Of a stretch of 64,000 nucleotides of DNA, positions 16,888 through 25,906 are shown piece by piece. Source of the DNA: a virus; IMG/VR virus record IMGVR_UViG_3300025018_000098, positions 96,001 to 160,000 of that record; one strand, given 5' to 3'. The notes below the pieces were generated by a model. The model was not told the origin of the DNA. It did not search any database and saw only the letters and a list, made by a program, of their open reading frames with translations. Every line of letters starts with the position of its first letter. Within the stretch, counting starts at the first letter, position 1. Made by a program: the position numbers and the translations under genes.

Positions 16888-17563
16888 AGTTGAACCCGAA
16901 GATGTACTTCTCGCCATCGATAGTGATCACCTCATCGTAGGAACCGCAGCAACCCCCGTCCCGAGCGCGTCGCCACTCCTTCATCTGGAAGCCGTTGGAC
17001 ATCTTCGCCCAGCGCTCGTTGTCTACGAAGTCCCTGTCTTTCGTGGCAGCCTTGAGTGCATCCCCAAGAGGGCCATGCACAGCGGGGTCCAGGTAGTCGT
17101 GACGGATGCACCACATCTTGAACGGCGGGGACTTCACGGTTGCCTCGTACCGGAAGATCTTTCGATACCACCGGATCCAGGCTACGGGGTCGAAGCGTGC
17201 CTCCCCCTCCAGAGGCTTCATCCCAAAGGACGTGTTGTACTTGCGAATGCATCCGAGGTACGCGTCCAGCTCCCTGAGATCTGGCGTCCAGTAGTCCCGG
17301 GTCCTTAGCCCGGACAGGCCCCGGGCCCGGCACTCCTCCCAGTGCTTGTACGTCTCGCAGATGTACGTCTCGCTCTCTACCCGCTTGTAGATGTCCTTCC
17401 AGACCAACGGGTCCTTGCTGTCCCACGGGATCTGGTTCTTCTTGAGCCAGTCCACTAGAGTTGACCGAGTACGGATGTACTCCTGCGCCTCTTCCGGACC
17501 ATCCGCTTGGAAGTAGTGGATGACCCGGGGCTCACTTGGGTGGTTGATACAGTACTGAGGCAT
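16877..17563 (-). CDS. Hypothetical protein (ends GGCCGSYD..FGFNYGH)
   Basis: Start re-called at MPQYC; composition is protein-like only from there. Confidence 0.65.
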   Translation of the reverse strand: MPQYCINHPSEPRVIHYFQADGPEEAQEYIRTRSTLVDWLKKNQIPWDSKDPLVWKDIYKRVESETYICETYKHWEECRARGLSGLRTRDYWTPDLRELDAYLGCIRKYNTSFGMKPLEGEARFDPVAWIRWYRKIFRYEATVKSPPFKMWCIRHDYLDPAVHGPLGDALKAATKDRDFVDNERWAKMSNGFQMKEWRRARDGGCCGSYDEVITIDGEKYIFGFNYGH

Positions 17564-17948
17564 TGGGCGGGGTGTCTGCTTGTCGGAAGGTTCGAAGACT
17601 GCTTGGGATGGCTCGAGCACGCTGGCGTCGAGCTTGGTAGGCATCAGCTTGCTGCTTGTAGACCTTGCCGAGACTGATCTTGGCGACCGACTTGACGAAG
17701 TCCTTGAGAGCTTCCTGCTGATCCTGGTCTCCCCGCTTCGCCGCCTGAGCGAGGAACGGGAACATGCGGCTGCAGTACATCTCGAATGCCTCGATGGCGG
17801 GCTTCTGCTCCTCTTTGGAGAGGGAGGCTTGTACGAGAGCACGAGTGGCCAATAGCTGCTCTTCCTGACGCTGCAGGTAGATCAACACGAAGACTGACTC
17901 CAGAAGGGTCCCCCTTGGAGGGACACCAACATACTTGTCGTAGAGCAT
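17532..17948 (-). CDS. Downstream (-1 frame) part of a probable tail assembly chaperone G/GT-type pair
   Basis: Frame stays open upstream to the A AAA AAT slippery site at the end of the preceding ORF. Confidence 0.6.
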   Translation of the reverse strand: MLYDKYVGVPPRGTLLESVFVLIYLQRQEEQLLATRALVQASLSKEEQKPAIEAFEMYCSRMFPFLAQAAKRGDQDQQEALKDFVKSVAKISLGKVYKQQADAYQARRQRARAIPSSLRTFRQADTPPNASVLYQPPK

Positions 17949-17977
17949 GTTGGCATAAGCCCATCCTCCTGGAGTCT

Positions 17978-18904
17978 TCAGCCATTTTTTATGTCGTCCA
18001 GGACGAAGAGCTTGTTCACACGCAGGTTGAACCAGTACGAGTGTGTCATCAGCGTGTGGACAAGGGCCGGGGGATAGCGCCGCACGAGCTCGTACTTGCG
18101 CATGAACTGGTCCTCGTGGAAGACCATTTGGCTGGCTGTGCCAGTCACGTGGGCCGGGAGCCTGGAGCCGTTGAGCTGCACGAGTGAGGCGACGCAGAGC
18201 ATGAGGCTGAACCGCTCAGACGTCAGCCCAATCAGTCGCTTGTCGTCGAGCTCCATCTGGAAGATGATCTTGCGGATCTCTTCGTTCTCCATGGGCGAGA
18301 CAGAGCGGAACTTGACGGTCAGCACGTCCTTCTTGATGGGGACCACCTGAGAGAACTCGCCCGTGGCCAGCCCCTCGCCCAGGTCCAGCGGCGTGACGAG
18401 CTTGTCGATGAGCTTCTGCTGCTCGGGGTTGTTGATGAGGTCCTTGTTGCTCCGTCGCAGCATCTGCTCGAGCTCGAGGTCGTCCATCTGCTCCATGATG
18501 GCAGCCATCTTGTTCGGCGACGCCCCCGTAGGGGTCTCATTCTGCGGCGGAACGGCGGTCGGCTGCTGGGTACCAACCTCCTGCTGCAGCGCAGCAAGGC
18601 CTGCCAGCGTCCCCTGGCTCAGAACCCGCTTCGTAGGGTCTGCGGCCTCGCCCCCGATGCCATCAACGGCCTTCTGCTGCATCGCCAACGAGCCCAGGGT
18701 CGTGTTGCCGTCTCGAGCCACCTCATGTTGGGCCGCGGCCCGGTTGAGATCTGGGATGGGTTGCTGCGCCCGGCGAGCCTCCTCAGCCTGGCGGGCACGT
18801 TCAGCTACATCCTGCTTGTACTGAGCTGCAGCTGGATTCTCGACGCCCTTCGGCTGGGGAGGAAACCCTACCGTCACAGGGCCACTACGCTTGGAGTCGG
18901 TCAT
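17978..18904 (-). CDS. Probable tail assembly chaperone / baseplate-hub assembly-like protein
   Basis: C-terminal domain (LTVKFRSVSP..LVQLNG..) ends at the slippery ATA AAA AAT GGC TGA; TTGACA-N17-TAAACA promoter upstream. Confidence 0.55.
   Translation of the reverse strand: MTDSKRSGPVTVGFPPQPKGVENPAAAQYKQDVAERARQAEEARRAQQPIPDLNRAAAQHEVARDGNTTLGSLAMQQKAVDGIGGEAADPTKRVLSQGTLAGLAALQQEVGTQQPTAVPPQNETPTGASPNKMAAIMEQMDDLELEQMLRRSNKDLINNPEQQKLIDKLVTPLDLGEGLATGEFSQVVPIKKDVLTVKFRSVSPMENEEIRKIIFQMELDDKRLIGLTSERFSLMLCVASLVQLNGSRLPAHVTGTASQMVFHEDQFMRKYELVRRYPPALVHTLMTHSYWFNLRVNKLFVLDDIKNG
17984..17990 (-). other. Programmed -1 ribosomal frameshift heptamer A AAA AAT
   Basis: X XXY YYZ in the correct phase; the -1 frame reads KWLKTPGGWAYANMLYDK into the next ORF. 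Confidence 0.7.
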
Positions 18905-18924
18905 GCGTAGTGTTTACAGAACGT

Positions 18925-19329
18925 CTACAGCTTTGTCAACGCATCTCTCGCATCAGCTAGGATTGCGCCCACATATGCAGGCTCCAGGGCCTTTTCCAGC
19001 AGGAAAACAGCACTCTCACAGACCGGCCGACTGTCGTTCCAGAGGCGGAAGGCCCCACCGAGGGCTGTGAACGCCTCGAGGTCGATGCTCTCAGACGACA
19101 TGCAGCATCCTTCGTACAGCGAGGGAGTGTCTCGAGAGCTCATTTGGCGCAGAACGACCTGTTGGCCGAGATTCAGGGCCTTGCAGACCACAATCCGCCC
19201 GTACAGCTCACTCTCGGCGACGCCCCAGCGGCTGCTCCAGGCCCAGAGGTCCCCAGCTGGGCCCCATATGCTCAGAGAGCCCGCTCGGGGCTCCAAATGG
19301 GCTCTGGAGGGAACTGTGACACTAGCCAT
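18925..19329 (-). CDS. Hypothetical protein
   Basis: GAGG RBS; ORF tiling. Confidence 0.5.
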   Translation of the reverse strand: MASVTVPSRAHLEPRAGSLSIWGPAGDLWAWSSRWGVAESELYGRIVVCKALNLGQQVVLRQMSSRDTPSLYEGCCMSSESIDLEAFTALGGAFRLWNDSRPVCESAVFLLEKALEPAYVGAILADARDALTKL

Positions 19330-19609
19330 CGATGACCTCTCGGTGGTCTGCTCGGAACTTGGGCAGGATATCGGGCTTCGAGGGCGTCTTTTTCCGCGGC
19401 TCGAAGCCGCTGCCGCCCCGGAGAAGGCCCTGCTTGAGGATGTGGTGCTGCAGCCAGTTCATGGAGGCGACTTTGGCCTTGGCCAGCTCCTGATTGATCT
19501 CGGCCTCGGCCTTCTCCGCCATCACACCGCAGCTGGGACACAAGAAGAGGCCCACAATCTGGGTCATGGTCGTGGCCGGGACGTCCTTGGTGCAGCTGAG
19601 GCACCTCAC
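19322..19609 (-). CDS. Small Zn-finger protein
   Basis: CLSC..LCPSC. Confidence 0.6.
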   Translation of the reverse strand: MRCLSCTKDVPATTMTQIVGLFLCPSCGVMAEKAEAEINQELAKAKVASMNWLQHHILKQGLLRGGSGFEPRKKTPSKPDILPKFRADHREVIDG

Positions 19610-19839
19610 TTGTTGTACCGGAACTCGACGGTCAGCGCTCCCATCCCTGTGGGGACGTGCGTGCTCGTGGTGAAGGGATCAGCCTCGCTCGTCCTCTGGA
19701 AGCCCCGAGTCTGAGAGACATTGATGGGGTCAGCATGTCCTCCCTCGATGGCGTCCGCCAGATTGCGGAGCAAGGTCACCGACAACTCGCGTGCCCGGGC
19801 ATCTACTACGTGTTCTGCGTTCTTACTTGGCTTAGACAT
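19606..19839 (-). CDS. Hypothetical protein (start re-called at MSKPSK)
   Basis: AGGAG RBS. Confidence 0.55.
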   Translation of the reverse strand: MSKPSKNAEHVVDARARELSVTLLRNLADAIEGGHADPINVSQTRGFQRTSEADPFTTSTHVPTGMGALTVEFRYNK

Positions 19840-19854
19840 ATCAACTCCTATGGC

Positions 19855-19928
19855 AAAAAAGACCAGGCACTGTGAGAGGTTGTTTGAGGGAACAAACTGC
19901 TGAAGGGTGCACCTCTCATAGTGCCTGG
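19855..19928 (-). terminator. Long (18-bp) stem with branched loop and U6 tail
   Basis: ccaggcactgtgagaggt (19863-19880) pairs with acctctcatagtgcctgg (19911-19928); inner gtttg/caaac hairpin. Confidence 0.6.
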
Positions 19929-19982
19929 GCCCGGGCCACATCGACCCATCCACGAACCAAGGTTCGCACCGAAGACAGAGTG

Positions 19983-20453
19983 TTACCCGAGACGAGTACC
20001 GCTGTCCACAAAATCCAGTAGACGATCTTTGGCCACCTCCCACGGAACTACATAGGAGGTGGCTGCGAAGAGCCCGGCCTGGTCGAAGTAGTTGAACCCT
20101 GCCTCGTCGAGAAGCTCACGCAGCACAACTGTCTGCTCGTTCGCTGGGTAGTCGTGTGGCTGGTACCCGGCGTAGACCATCCCGAGCCAGGTGTTGAAGC
20201 TGTACCTCATCTCGTCCTCGACCTCGAGGCAGTGGGTGTACCCCGCCAGCGTCCGCATGGGGACGGCGATGCCGTTGCCGTCTCGAGAGCCGAACTCGGA
20301 GCACTCGGTATCTATGATCTCGATGACGTCGATGACCAGCGACATCTGCCGGCTGCCCATGGTGGCCTGCACACCGTCTTGGAACTCTTGTCTCTCCAGC
20401 ATGTACCTGTTGGGCTTGAACAGAGACGCCTGTTTACGTTTACGTAGCTGCAT
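19983..20453 (-). CDS. Hypothetical protein
   Basis: First gene downstream of the promoter at 20472; AAGGAG RBS. Confidence 0.65.
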   Translation of the reverse strand: MQLRKRKQASLFKPNRYMLERQEFQDGVQATMGSRQMSLVIDVIEIIDTECSEFGSRDGNGIAVPMRTLAGYTHCLEVEDEMRYSFNTWLGMVYAGYQPHDYPANEQTVVLRELLDEAGFNYFDQAGLFAATSYVVPWEVAKDRLLDFVDSGTRLG

Positions 20454-20471
20454 GGTGTTCTCCTTCTACCT

Positions 20472-20481
20472 TGCTTATAGG
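20472..20481 (-). promoter_or_regulatory. CCTATAAGCA early-type promoter, with terminator hairpin at 20497-20514
   Basis: tgcttatagg; ctcccac-cgaa-gtgggag. Confidence 0.7.
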
Positions 20482-20524
20482 CGGAAAGAGAAAGAACTCC
20501 CACCGAAGTGGGAGCCTCTCGTCG

Positions 20525-20818
20525 CTAGCCTCGCTTCTGCGGGCTCAACAGCTCCCGCAGCGCTACCAAGGCCTGGGGCATAAGGGGCATTGAACCGACA
20601 ACACCATCCCTGCCGATGTAAATCGCCCCATCATCCTCGTCCATCTCGAGCTCGAGGTCTCCCAGCGTGGCTGCGAGGGGGCCAGACAGCGTGAGGTACT
20701 CATATGTGGCGTCCAACCACTTGGCCTCCTCCGGCGTCAGCACCAGCAGCTCACCATACTTGTAGACGGTGGCCTTCTCGAACGTGATGCCTTCTGCCTT
20801 GTTTTTCTTCTCGGTCAT
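20525..20818 (-). CDS. Hypothetical protein, LTxEEAxW paralog family
   Basis: LVLTPEEAKWL. Confidence 0.6.
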   Translation of the reverse strand: MTEKKNKAEGITFEKATVYKYGELLVLTPEEAKWLDATYEYLTLSGPLAATLGDLELEMDEDDGAIYIGRDGVVGSMPLMPQALVALRELLSPQKRG

Positions 20819-21147
20819 TCTTTCAGTCTCACTTCCAGGTTGTTGATGTGGCTCAGTTGTAGGTGGATCTCACTGCCGCGGCTCTTCCGCTCGAGGCTTA
20901 CTCGCTCCCCGTCCTCGAACATGCAGAGTTCGAGGTCTCCAACACAGATGATCTCGTACACAGCGACGGCACGCATGAGGCGAACTGTGGCCACCACCCA
21001 GACGGCCTCTTCTTCTGTGAGACAGAACTCCCGGATGCGGTACTCCATACATGCAACCTTAGTGAAGACATGCCCGAGAGGTACTAGCCGCTCGTCGATG
21101 GCTTCCGCTACTTCCCGCGCCTCTGCCTCCTCTGTGTCATAGCTCAT
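20815..21147 (-). CDS. Hypothetical protein, LTxEEAxW paralog family
   Basis: FCLTEEEAVWVV. Confidence 0.6.
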   Translation of the reverse strand: MSYDTEEAEAREVAEAIDERLVPLGHVFTKVACMEYRIREFCLTEEEAVWVVATVRLMRAVAVYEIICVGDLELCMFEDGERVSLERKSRGSEIHLQLSHINNLEVRLKE

Positions 21148-21380
21148 GGTTCCCTGCTTTCATGTGCGCGATGCGCTTCTGCATGACCGTCACCTTGCGG
21201 TAGCGGTCGGTGAAGGACTTGTGCTTGCGCAGGACGGTTGTGTCCCCCGCCGCGGAGCACGGTGTCGAACAGGACACCCAAGGTGTGGACCTGCTCTTCG
21301 GTAAAGGATTGGGACGCATGGGGCTTCTTGTTCTTGGTGCCCCATTTGTTCTCAGGCTTCGTATCTGTTGTGTCGTCCAT
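21137..21380 (-). pseudogene. Small hypothetical gene with an apparent +1 G frameshift at 21244-21248
   Basis: Removing one G joins MDDTTD..VLRGG to DTTVLRKHKSF.. Confidence 0.5.
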
Positions 21381-21381
21381 G

Positions 21382-21759
21382 TCAGGTTCCAGGTAGTTGG
21401 AGGAGCTCCTCGGGGAGGGTGCATACACTGTGACTCCGCCAGCTGTCACGCTCCCAGAAGAAGTTCACCTTGTCGAAGGGTGAGCCGAGCTTGTACATCG
21501 CCGAGAAGATAATCTCCTTGGCCCGCTCCTGCTCAGCCAAGTAGGCCATCTTCGCCTGGTACACGACGTCGTCTCGGTAGGTACCCAGGAAGTGAGACAC
21601 GCTTCTGCTAGTCCCCACCTGCCCGTAGTTCTGCTGGAGCCCGCTACGCACCACCCGGTGCGTACCGTCGAACTTCTCCCACGCCGTCAGGATGCTCCCG
21701 AAGGTGATGTCCCCGTACCTGAAGGGCTCCCCAAGGATGTAGATGTGGTCAATCTGCAT
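21382..21759 (-). CDS. Hypothetical protein
   Basis: ORF tiling. Confidence 0.6.
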   Translation of the reverse strand: MQIDHIYILGEPFRYGDITFGSILTAWEKFDGTHRVVRSGLQQNYGQVGTSRSVSHFLGTYRDDVVYQAKMAYLAEQERAKEIIFSAMYKLGSPFDKVNFFWERDSWRSHSVCTLPEELLQLPGT

Positions 21760-22145
21760 CAGGCACCTTGAGAGAGTAGCTCGCAGCCACCGACCGGAGT
21801 TTCCTAGCTAGTGTCTCCCGGCAAGATTTCTCCGTGCGTTCCATATCGGAGCCCATCCAGAGTGCCGCCTTATACCACTCTGCCGCCACACTATCGTGAG
21901 CCTGCTGAAGGCCTCGCAGCAGTCCCGCCTGCTCGGGTATGCCCAATAGGCGTTCAGCGAACCAGGCTGCGTGCTTCTTCTCATAGTTCTCATGGTAATC
22001 CTCATCCGGGATGAACAGCCCAATGGCACACTTGGCTCCATCATCTCCACGGAGACGGCACCACCCCCCACGACGTAACGCTGTACGGGCTCTTCTTCAC
22101 GATGAAGTGATCCCAGACCTTGTCGAACATCTCCTGGGGCGTCAT
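21749..22145 (-). pseudogene. MTxQExFDxVWxHF paralog with an apparent +1 G frameshift at 22064-22069
   Basis: Corrected: MTPQEMFDKVWDHFIVKK..WCRLRGDDGAKCAIGLFIPDEDY..LQQAHD, homologous to 24903-25271. Confidence 0.7.
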
Positions 22146-22609
22146 CAGCACCACGACCCGGTCAAGATGGTGGGCTCCGTGGTCTGCTCCAGAACCTCCC
22201 GGAACGTGGACAAGCCTCCCTTATCGTTGCGTAGCACGTAGGTGTTGAGTTCTGCTTCTGTGGCTGCTCGGGTGACGGTGTCTTCCCGCAACTCGGGCTC
22301 CGTCACATCCGTGTGGTGTAGCTCCACCGCCTCGCAGGATGTCCTGGCGATGACCCAAGATGACTCATCAGTGCTCGGCTCGCACACAAGCCACAGGGCC
22401 AGGGGTGTGGGCACCTCCTCCAACTCGACCTCGTCGTTGACTAGTTCATCCACCGCCCCGAAGATCTTATGATCCAAGACCTTGAAGTTGCCCTCGAAAG
22501 GGGTCTTCTGCTCTACCAACAGGCTGAACAACGCTTCTTCTAGTGTCTCGGCAGCCACAATCGTGGTGCCTTCTGCGGTGTACATCATCTCAATCTTCCA
22601 CTTCTTCAT
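22145..22609 (-). CDS. Hypothetical protein
   Basis: GAGG RBS; ORF tiling. Confidence 0.65.
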   Translation of the reverse strand: MKKWKIEMMYTAEGTTIVAAETLEEALFSLLVEQKTPFEGNFKVLDHKIFGAVDELVNDEVELEEVPTPLALWLVCEPSTDESSWVIARTSCEAVELHHTDVTEPELREDTVTRAATEAELNTYVLRNDKGGLSTFREVLEQTTEPTILTGSWC

Positions 22610-23013
22610 GTCTTCCTCGCTGTCTTGGTTGGCTCGAGGTTGGGCACCCCGTGTTGTGCATACTCGAGAGTGGGAAGCACAACCAAAACGGCCAGCATGA
22701 AGCCAGCCGCCAAGGTGCCCACCACCACCACCATCAAGATGTTGTCGAAGGCCTTAGTCACAGATGTTGCCTGTCTGGGCATCGATGATGCTCAAGTCCT
22801 TGGGTGGGGCTAGTTCAACAGGCTCCACCGAGTGAGGCAAGGGCAGGTGGACGATCACGAACCGATGCAGGCAAGGCCGCAGTGACTCGAGGTAGTCCGT
22901 CATGTCCTCGTAGGTCTCGAAGTCCTTGTTCCACCAAGGGCCCTTGGGGCGCTCGAGAGGCACCCCCTTGAACCAGTAGTGGAGCCGCCAATGGTTGTTC
23001 ACGTAGTTGCGCA

Positions 23014-23271
23014 TTACAGACGTTCCTTGTTGCAGTTTGGACAGACCCACCCGTAGCGGGTACTTGAGTACTTCCATCCGTTCTCCTCCAGCTCCTTGTC
23101 CGAGAGGGTGAAGAAGGTGAGAGTGCTTGGTACACGCTCCACGAGGATTGCTCCAGGGCTTGCGTCGTAATCAGGCTCGAGAGTGGCCGTGAGCTTGAGC
23201 TTCCTCTTGCATCGGCCCGAGCTTGGGGTCCCGGCACACTGGAACTTGACCTTGAATGTTACGGTGTTCAT
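23014..23271 (-). CDS. Hypothetical Cys-containing protein (MNTVTFK..WVCPNC)
   Basis: ATGA overlap with the DUF1643 gene. Confidence 0.5.
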   Translation of the reverse strand: MNTVTFKVKFQCAGTPSSGRCKRKLKLTATLEPDYDASPGAILVERVPSTLTFFTLSDKELEENGWKYSSTRYGWVCPNCNKERL

Positions 23272-23810
23272 CGAACCACCACTTCCGTCATTATTTCCCA
23301 CGCTGGGTTTAAGGGCTCCGGGACTCTGTCCCCAGGCAAGTACAAGGGGTGCCCAGGGAATCCCTCCTTGGTCGCGCCCAACGTTTCGACCGGGAGGACA
23401 TCTGACGCATCCTTGATCATACGGAAGACATTGTCCGCACGGTTTATGCCTCTGCACACCTTTGCGGCATTGGAACCCCATCCGCAGATGACTCGGTCAC
23501 AGTCGTCCAGAGCTGCCTTGATGAACGCGTCTGCTCTCGGCCCGACCACGTCTATGTCCTTGTACGATGCCTTGATGAGGTCCTTAGGGCATGTGGCCCG
23601 CCAAGCAAAGAGGTTGACTACCTTCAGTCGATCATACCCCCACAGCTTCGAGTACTTTGTGATCTTGCGGATGGTGGCGTCGTCTTCCTCCCCATCCGCC
23701 GTGCTGGGGTTCAGCATGATCCACAGGATCCCAGTACCATAGACGTCTCCCCACTCTCAGCTGAGCTCATACCGGTACTGACCTTCGATGTACGCAGACT
23801 TCTGCGTCAC
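23268..23810 (-). CDS. DUF1643 family protein with an in-frame TGA at codon 18 (23757-23759)
   Basis: YRYELS*EW..WIMLNPSTAD..DDATIR..VVNLFAWRAT.P..CGWG..GHPLY. Confidence 0.8.
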
Positions 23811-24094
23811 GACTCCGCCGCCTTGTCTGCCCAGTACTTCTGCTCGGCAGCGTTCATGGCCTCGATGAGGATGCCCAGGGGCGTCTCAGACTGGGCTGCT
23901 CCGTACAGGAAGGCGACTGCCCTCCCGAGGTCATGGCCCATGCTGATGGAGGCCTCTCGGCTGTTGAAGTGCTTGCCCTTGATGTGTGCGATCACGACCT
24001 TGCCCGCACGTAGGAGGGTCTCATTGCCTCCGTCCTTGACGTCCATGCCGATCTTGCGTGTCCAGCTCGTGATGTTGTGCGACCACGGTGTCAT
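23807..24094 (-). CDS. Hypothetical protein (MTPWSHN..)
   Basis: AAGGAG RBS; ATGA overlap. Confidence 0.55.
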   Translation of the reverse strand: MTPWSHNITSWTRKIGMDVKDGGNETLLRAGKVVIAHIKGKHFNSREASISMGHDLGRAVAFLYGAAQSETPLGILIEAMNAAEQKYWADKAAES

Positions 24095-24603
24095 GACTTC
24101 TCTCCTTCCTGCATCTGCCTCTCGGCCCGCTCGGTGCGTTGCTGCTGCAGATTCTTCAGGACGTCCTCGTCCCACGTGTTGATGGTGTACCAGCCTTCAG
24201 CGGTCACGAGACAGGCCCCGCCGCCGAAGACATCCGGCACAGCGGACCCGGCACCCTGGGACCAGGTGAAGAGGATCGTACGCTCTGGGTTGTTCTCCCG
24301 GAGGAACACGGACAACCATGAGGCCGTCGATGCGATCTCTCCTTCTTGGGTCTGACTCGGGTCTGCATAGAGATGCACGGCCCCGTCCTCGAGGCGCATC
24401 TCAGGCACCCAGAGGTAGCAGCTGTCCTTGTGGAAGTTCTTCTCGATGAGCTCCGTCTGACGCCCCTCGATGATGCCCGTGTCCTCCGACGTGCTGATCA
24501 GTTCGATCAGCTCTCCCAGCTCTTCGTAGGAGGTCTTCAACCACCTCCGCTCTTTCGGTGTCAGTTCCAGGATGAATGAGAAGTGTGTGTAGTACTCTTG
24601 CAT
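24091..24603 (-). CDS. Hypothetical protein, paralog of 34772-35263
   Basis: YYTHFSF..ERRWL..FGGGACLVT; directly downstream of the promoter at 24620. Confidence 0.7.
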   Translation of the reverse strand: MQEYYTHFSFILELTPKERRWLKTSYEELGELIELISTSEDTGIIEGRQTELIEKNFHKDSCYLWVPEMRLEDGAVHLYADPSQTQEGEIASTASWLSVFLRENNPERTILFTWSQGAGSAVPDVFGGGACLVTAEGWYTINTWDEDVLKNLQQQRTERAERQMQEGEKS

Positions 24604-24619
24604 ATGCTCCCTTTCACAC

Positions 24620-24629
24620 TGCTTATAGG
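24620..24629 (-). promoter_or_regulatory. CCTATAAGCA promoter
   Basis: tgcttatagg, with an adjacent agaagacc/ggtcctct hairpin. Confidence 0.7.
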
Positions 24630-24902
24630 AAAAGAGAAGACCATCTTGGTCCTCTCTCCAGGCGTCACTTCCGCCTGTTCTTCTGTTTGCTGCGTCGAGC
24701 CGTCTTGGAGCGGCTCTTCTGCTTGGGGGTCTTGTATTGCTTCTGCTCAGTAGGCCCGTCGAGTACAGCAAGTGCTCTTGCTACATCCAGTTTAGGCTTC
24801 GAGCGCACACCACCTCGCGATATCTCACGATCAAGCAGACGCTGCGCAGCGAGCCGGATCTCGAGCTCGCTATAATCCCTGTTCAACAGGCTGTCTTCGG
24901 GC

Positions 24903-25271
24903 TCAGTCACTGGGCACCTGAAGCCCATGGTCCTGCGCCACGTCCACAAGTAGCTCCCGGAACACGTCTCCACGCCTAGATAGCGCGCAGATGTCGTGCG
25001 CCTGTTGGAGTTCGTACAGCAGGTTTTCGTGGTCCTCGCACCCAGGCTCGAGTGCCCCAAGTAACTCATCTGTGTGCTCTCCAAGGCCAACTCCCTCAAA
25101 GAGTGGGTCGTAGTTGTCGTCAGAGATGAAGAGGCCAACGGCACACCTGACCCGAACCCCATTGTGTGTCCCCACGCCCCGGTAGGCGCACTTCCGCCCG
25201 TTCAAGCTGAATGGGGCCCCACCCACGATGAAGTGTTGCCACACCCTGTCGAAGATCTCTTGTTCGGTCAT
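24903..25271 (-). CDS. MTxQExFDxVWxHF paralog (intact)
   Basis: MTEQEIFDRVWQHF..CAYRG..RCAVGLFISDDNYDP..LQQAHD. Confidence 0.75.
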   Translation of the reverse strand: MTEQEIFDRVWQHFIVGGAPFSLNGRKCAYRGVGTHNGVRVRCAVGLFISDDNYDPLFEGVGLGEHTDELLGALEPGCEDHENLLYELQQAHDICALSRRGDVFRELLVDVAQDHGLQVPSD

Positions 25272-25471
25272 CGCTTGTCCTCTCGAGCCATAAGGCCCTC
25301 CGACACGTAGATCCCCACCTCTTTGGTGACGTCCCCGTGCAGTGGGCATTGCTTCTGTTCTGCTCGCCCCACGAAGTGGGTGCATCGCCCTGCTGCCTTG
25401 CCGTCTCCCGTCACCGTGATGATAGGGCAGTTGTTCGGCATCCAGGGCTTTGGCCTATCCAGTTTGTTCAT
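25268..25471 (-). CDS. Small Cys/His protein
   Basis: Downstream of the promoter at 25490; AAGGAG RBS; CP..C..CPLHG. Confidence 0.55.
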   Translation of the reverse strand: MNKLDRPKPWMPNNCPIITVTGDGKAAGRCTHFVGRAEQKQCPLHGDVTKEVGIYVSEGLMAREDKR

Positions 25472-25489
25472 ACTACTTCTCCTTCACCT

Positions 25490-25499
25490 TGCTTATAGC
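25490..25499 (-). promoter_or_regulatory. GCTATAAGCA promoter variant
   Basis: tgcttatagc; flank aagagaagaccatctt is shared with the 24620 copy. Confidence 0.65.
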
Positions 25500-25542
25500 A
25501 AAGAGAAGACCATCTTTTGTGGCCTTCTCCCGTCTCTACCGT

Positions 25543-25906
25543 CTACTGGGGGATTTGTAGATCCTCGTTCTTCGCGATCCTCTTGAGGCCCGCCTTTAGC
25601 TTCGAGTGACGCTCCCTCACAGAAGCATCATCGTGAGCTGTCTGGAGTACCGTGAGTAGCTCCACGTGGTCTCGAGCATCTGGCTCCACACAGGCGAGTA
25701 TCGCCGCACGGGCATCCTCGTACACCAGTGCGGTCTGCTCAATCTCCGGATCGTAGAGCTCATCTGAGATGAAGATCCCGATGGCACACCGAGACCCATC
25801 CGGGCATCGGTACCTGCACATCTCGTGCTCTCCGCTGTAGCTGAGTGGGGCGTTGTTCACGATGAAGTGATCCCCAGACCCGATTGAACACGTCTTGCTC
25901 GGTCAC
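25543..25906 (-). pseudogene. MTxQExFDxVWxHF paralog with an apparent +1 G frameshift at 25872-25875
   Basis: Corrected: MTEQDVFNRVWDHFIVNNAP..CRYR..RCAIGIFISDELYDP..LQTAHD. Confidence 0.7.

Noticed and set aside
23757-23759. Genome-wide TGA recoding
   Set aside because: TGA terminates many genes through ATGA/TGATG overlaps; only one in-frame case was seen
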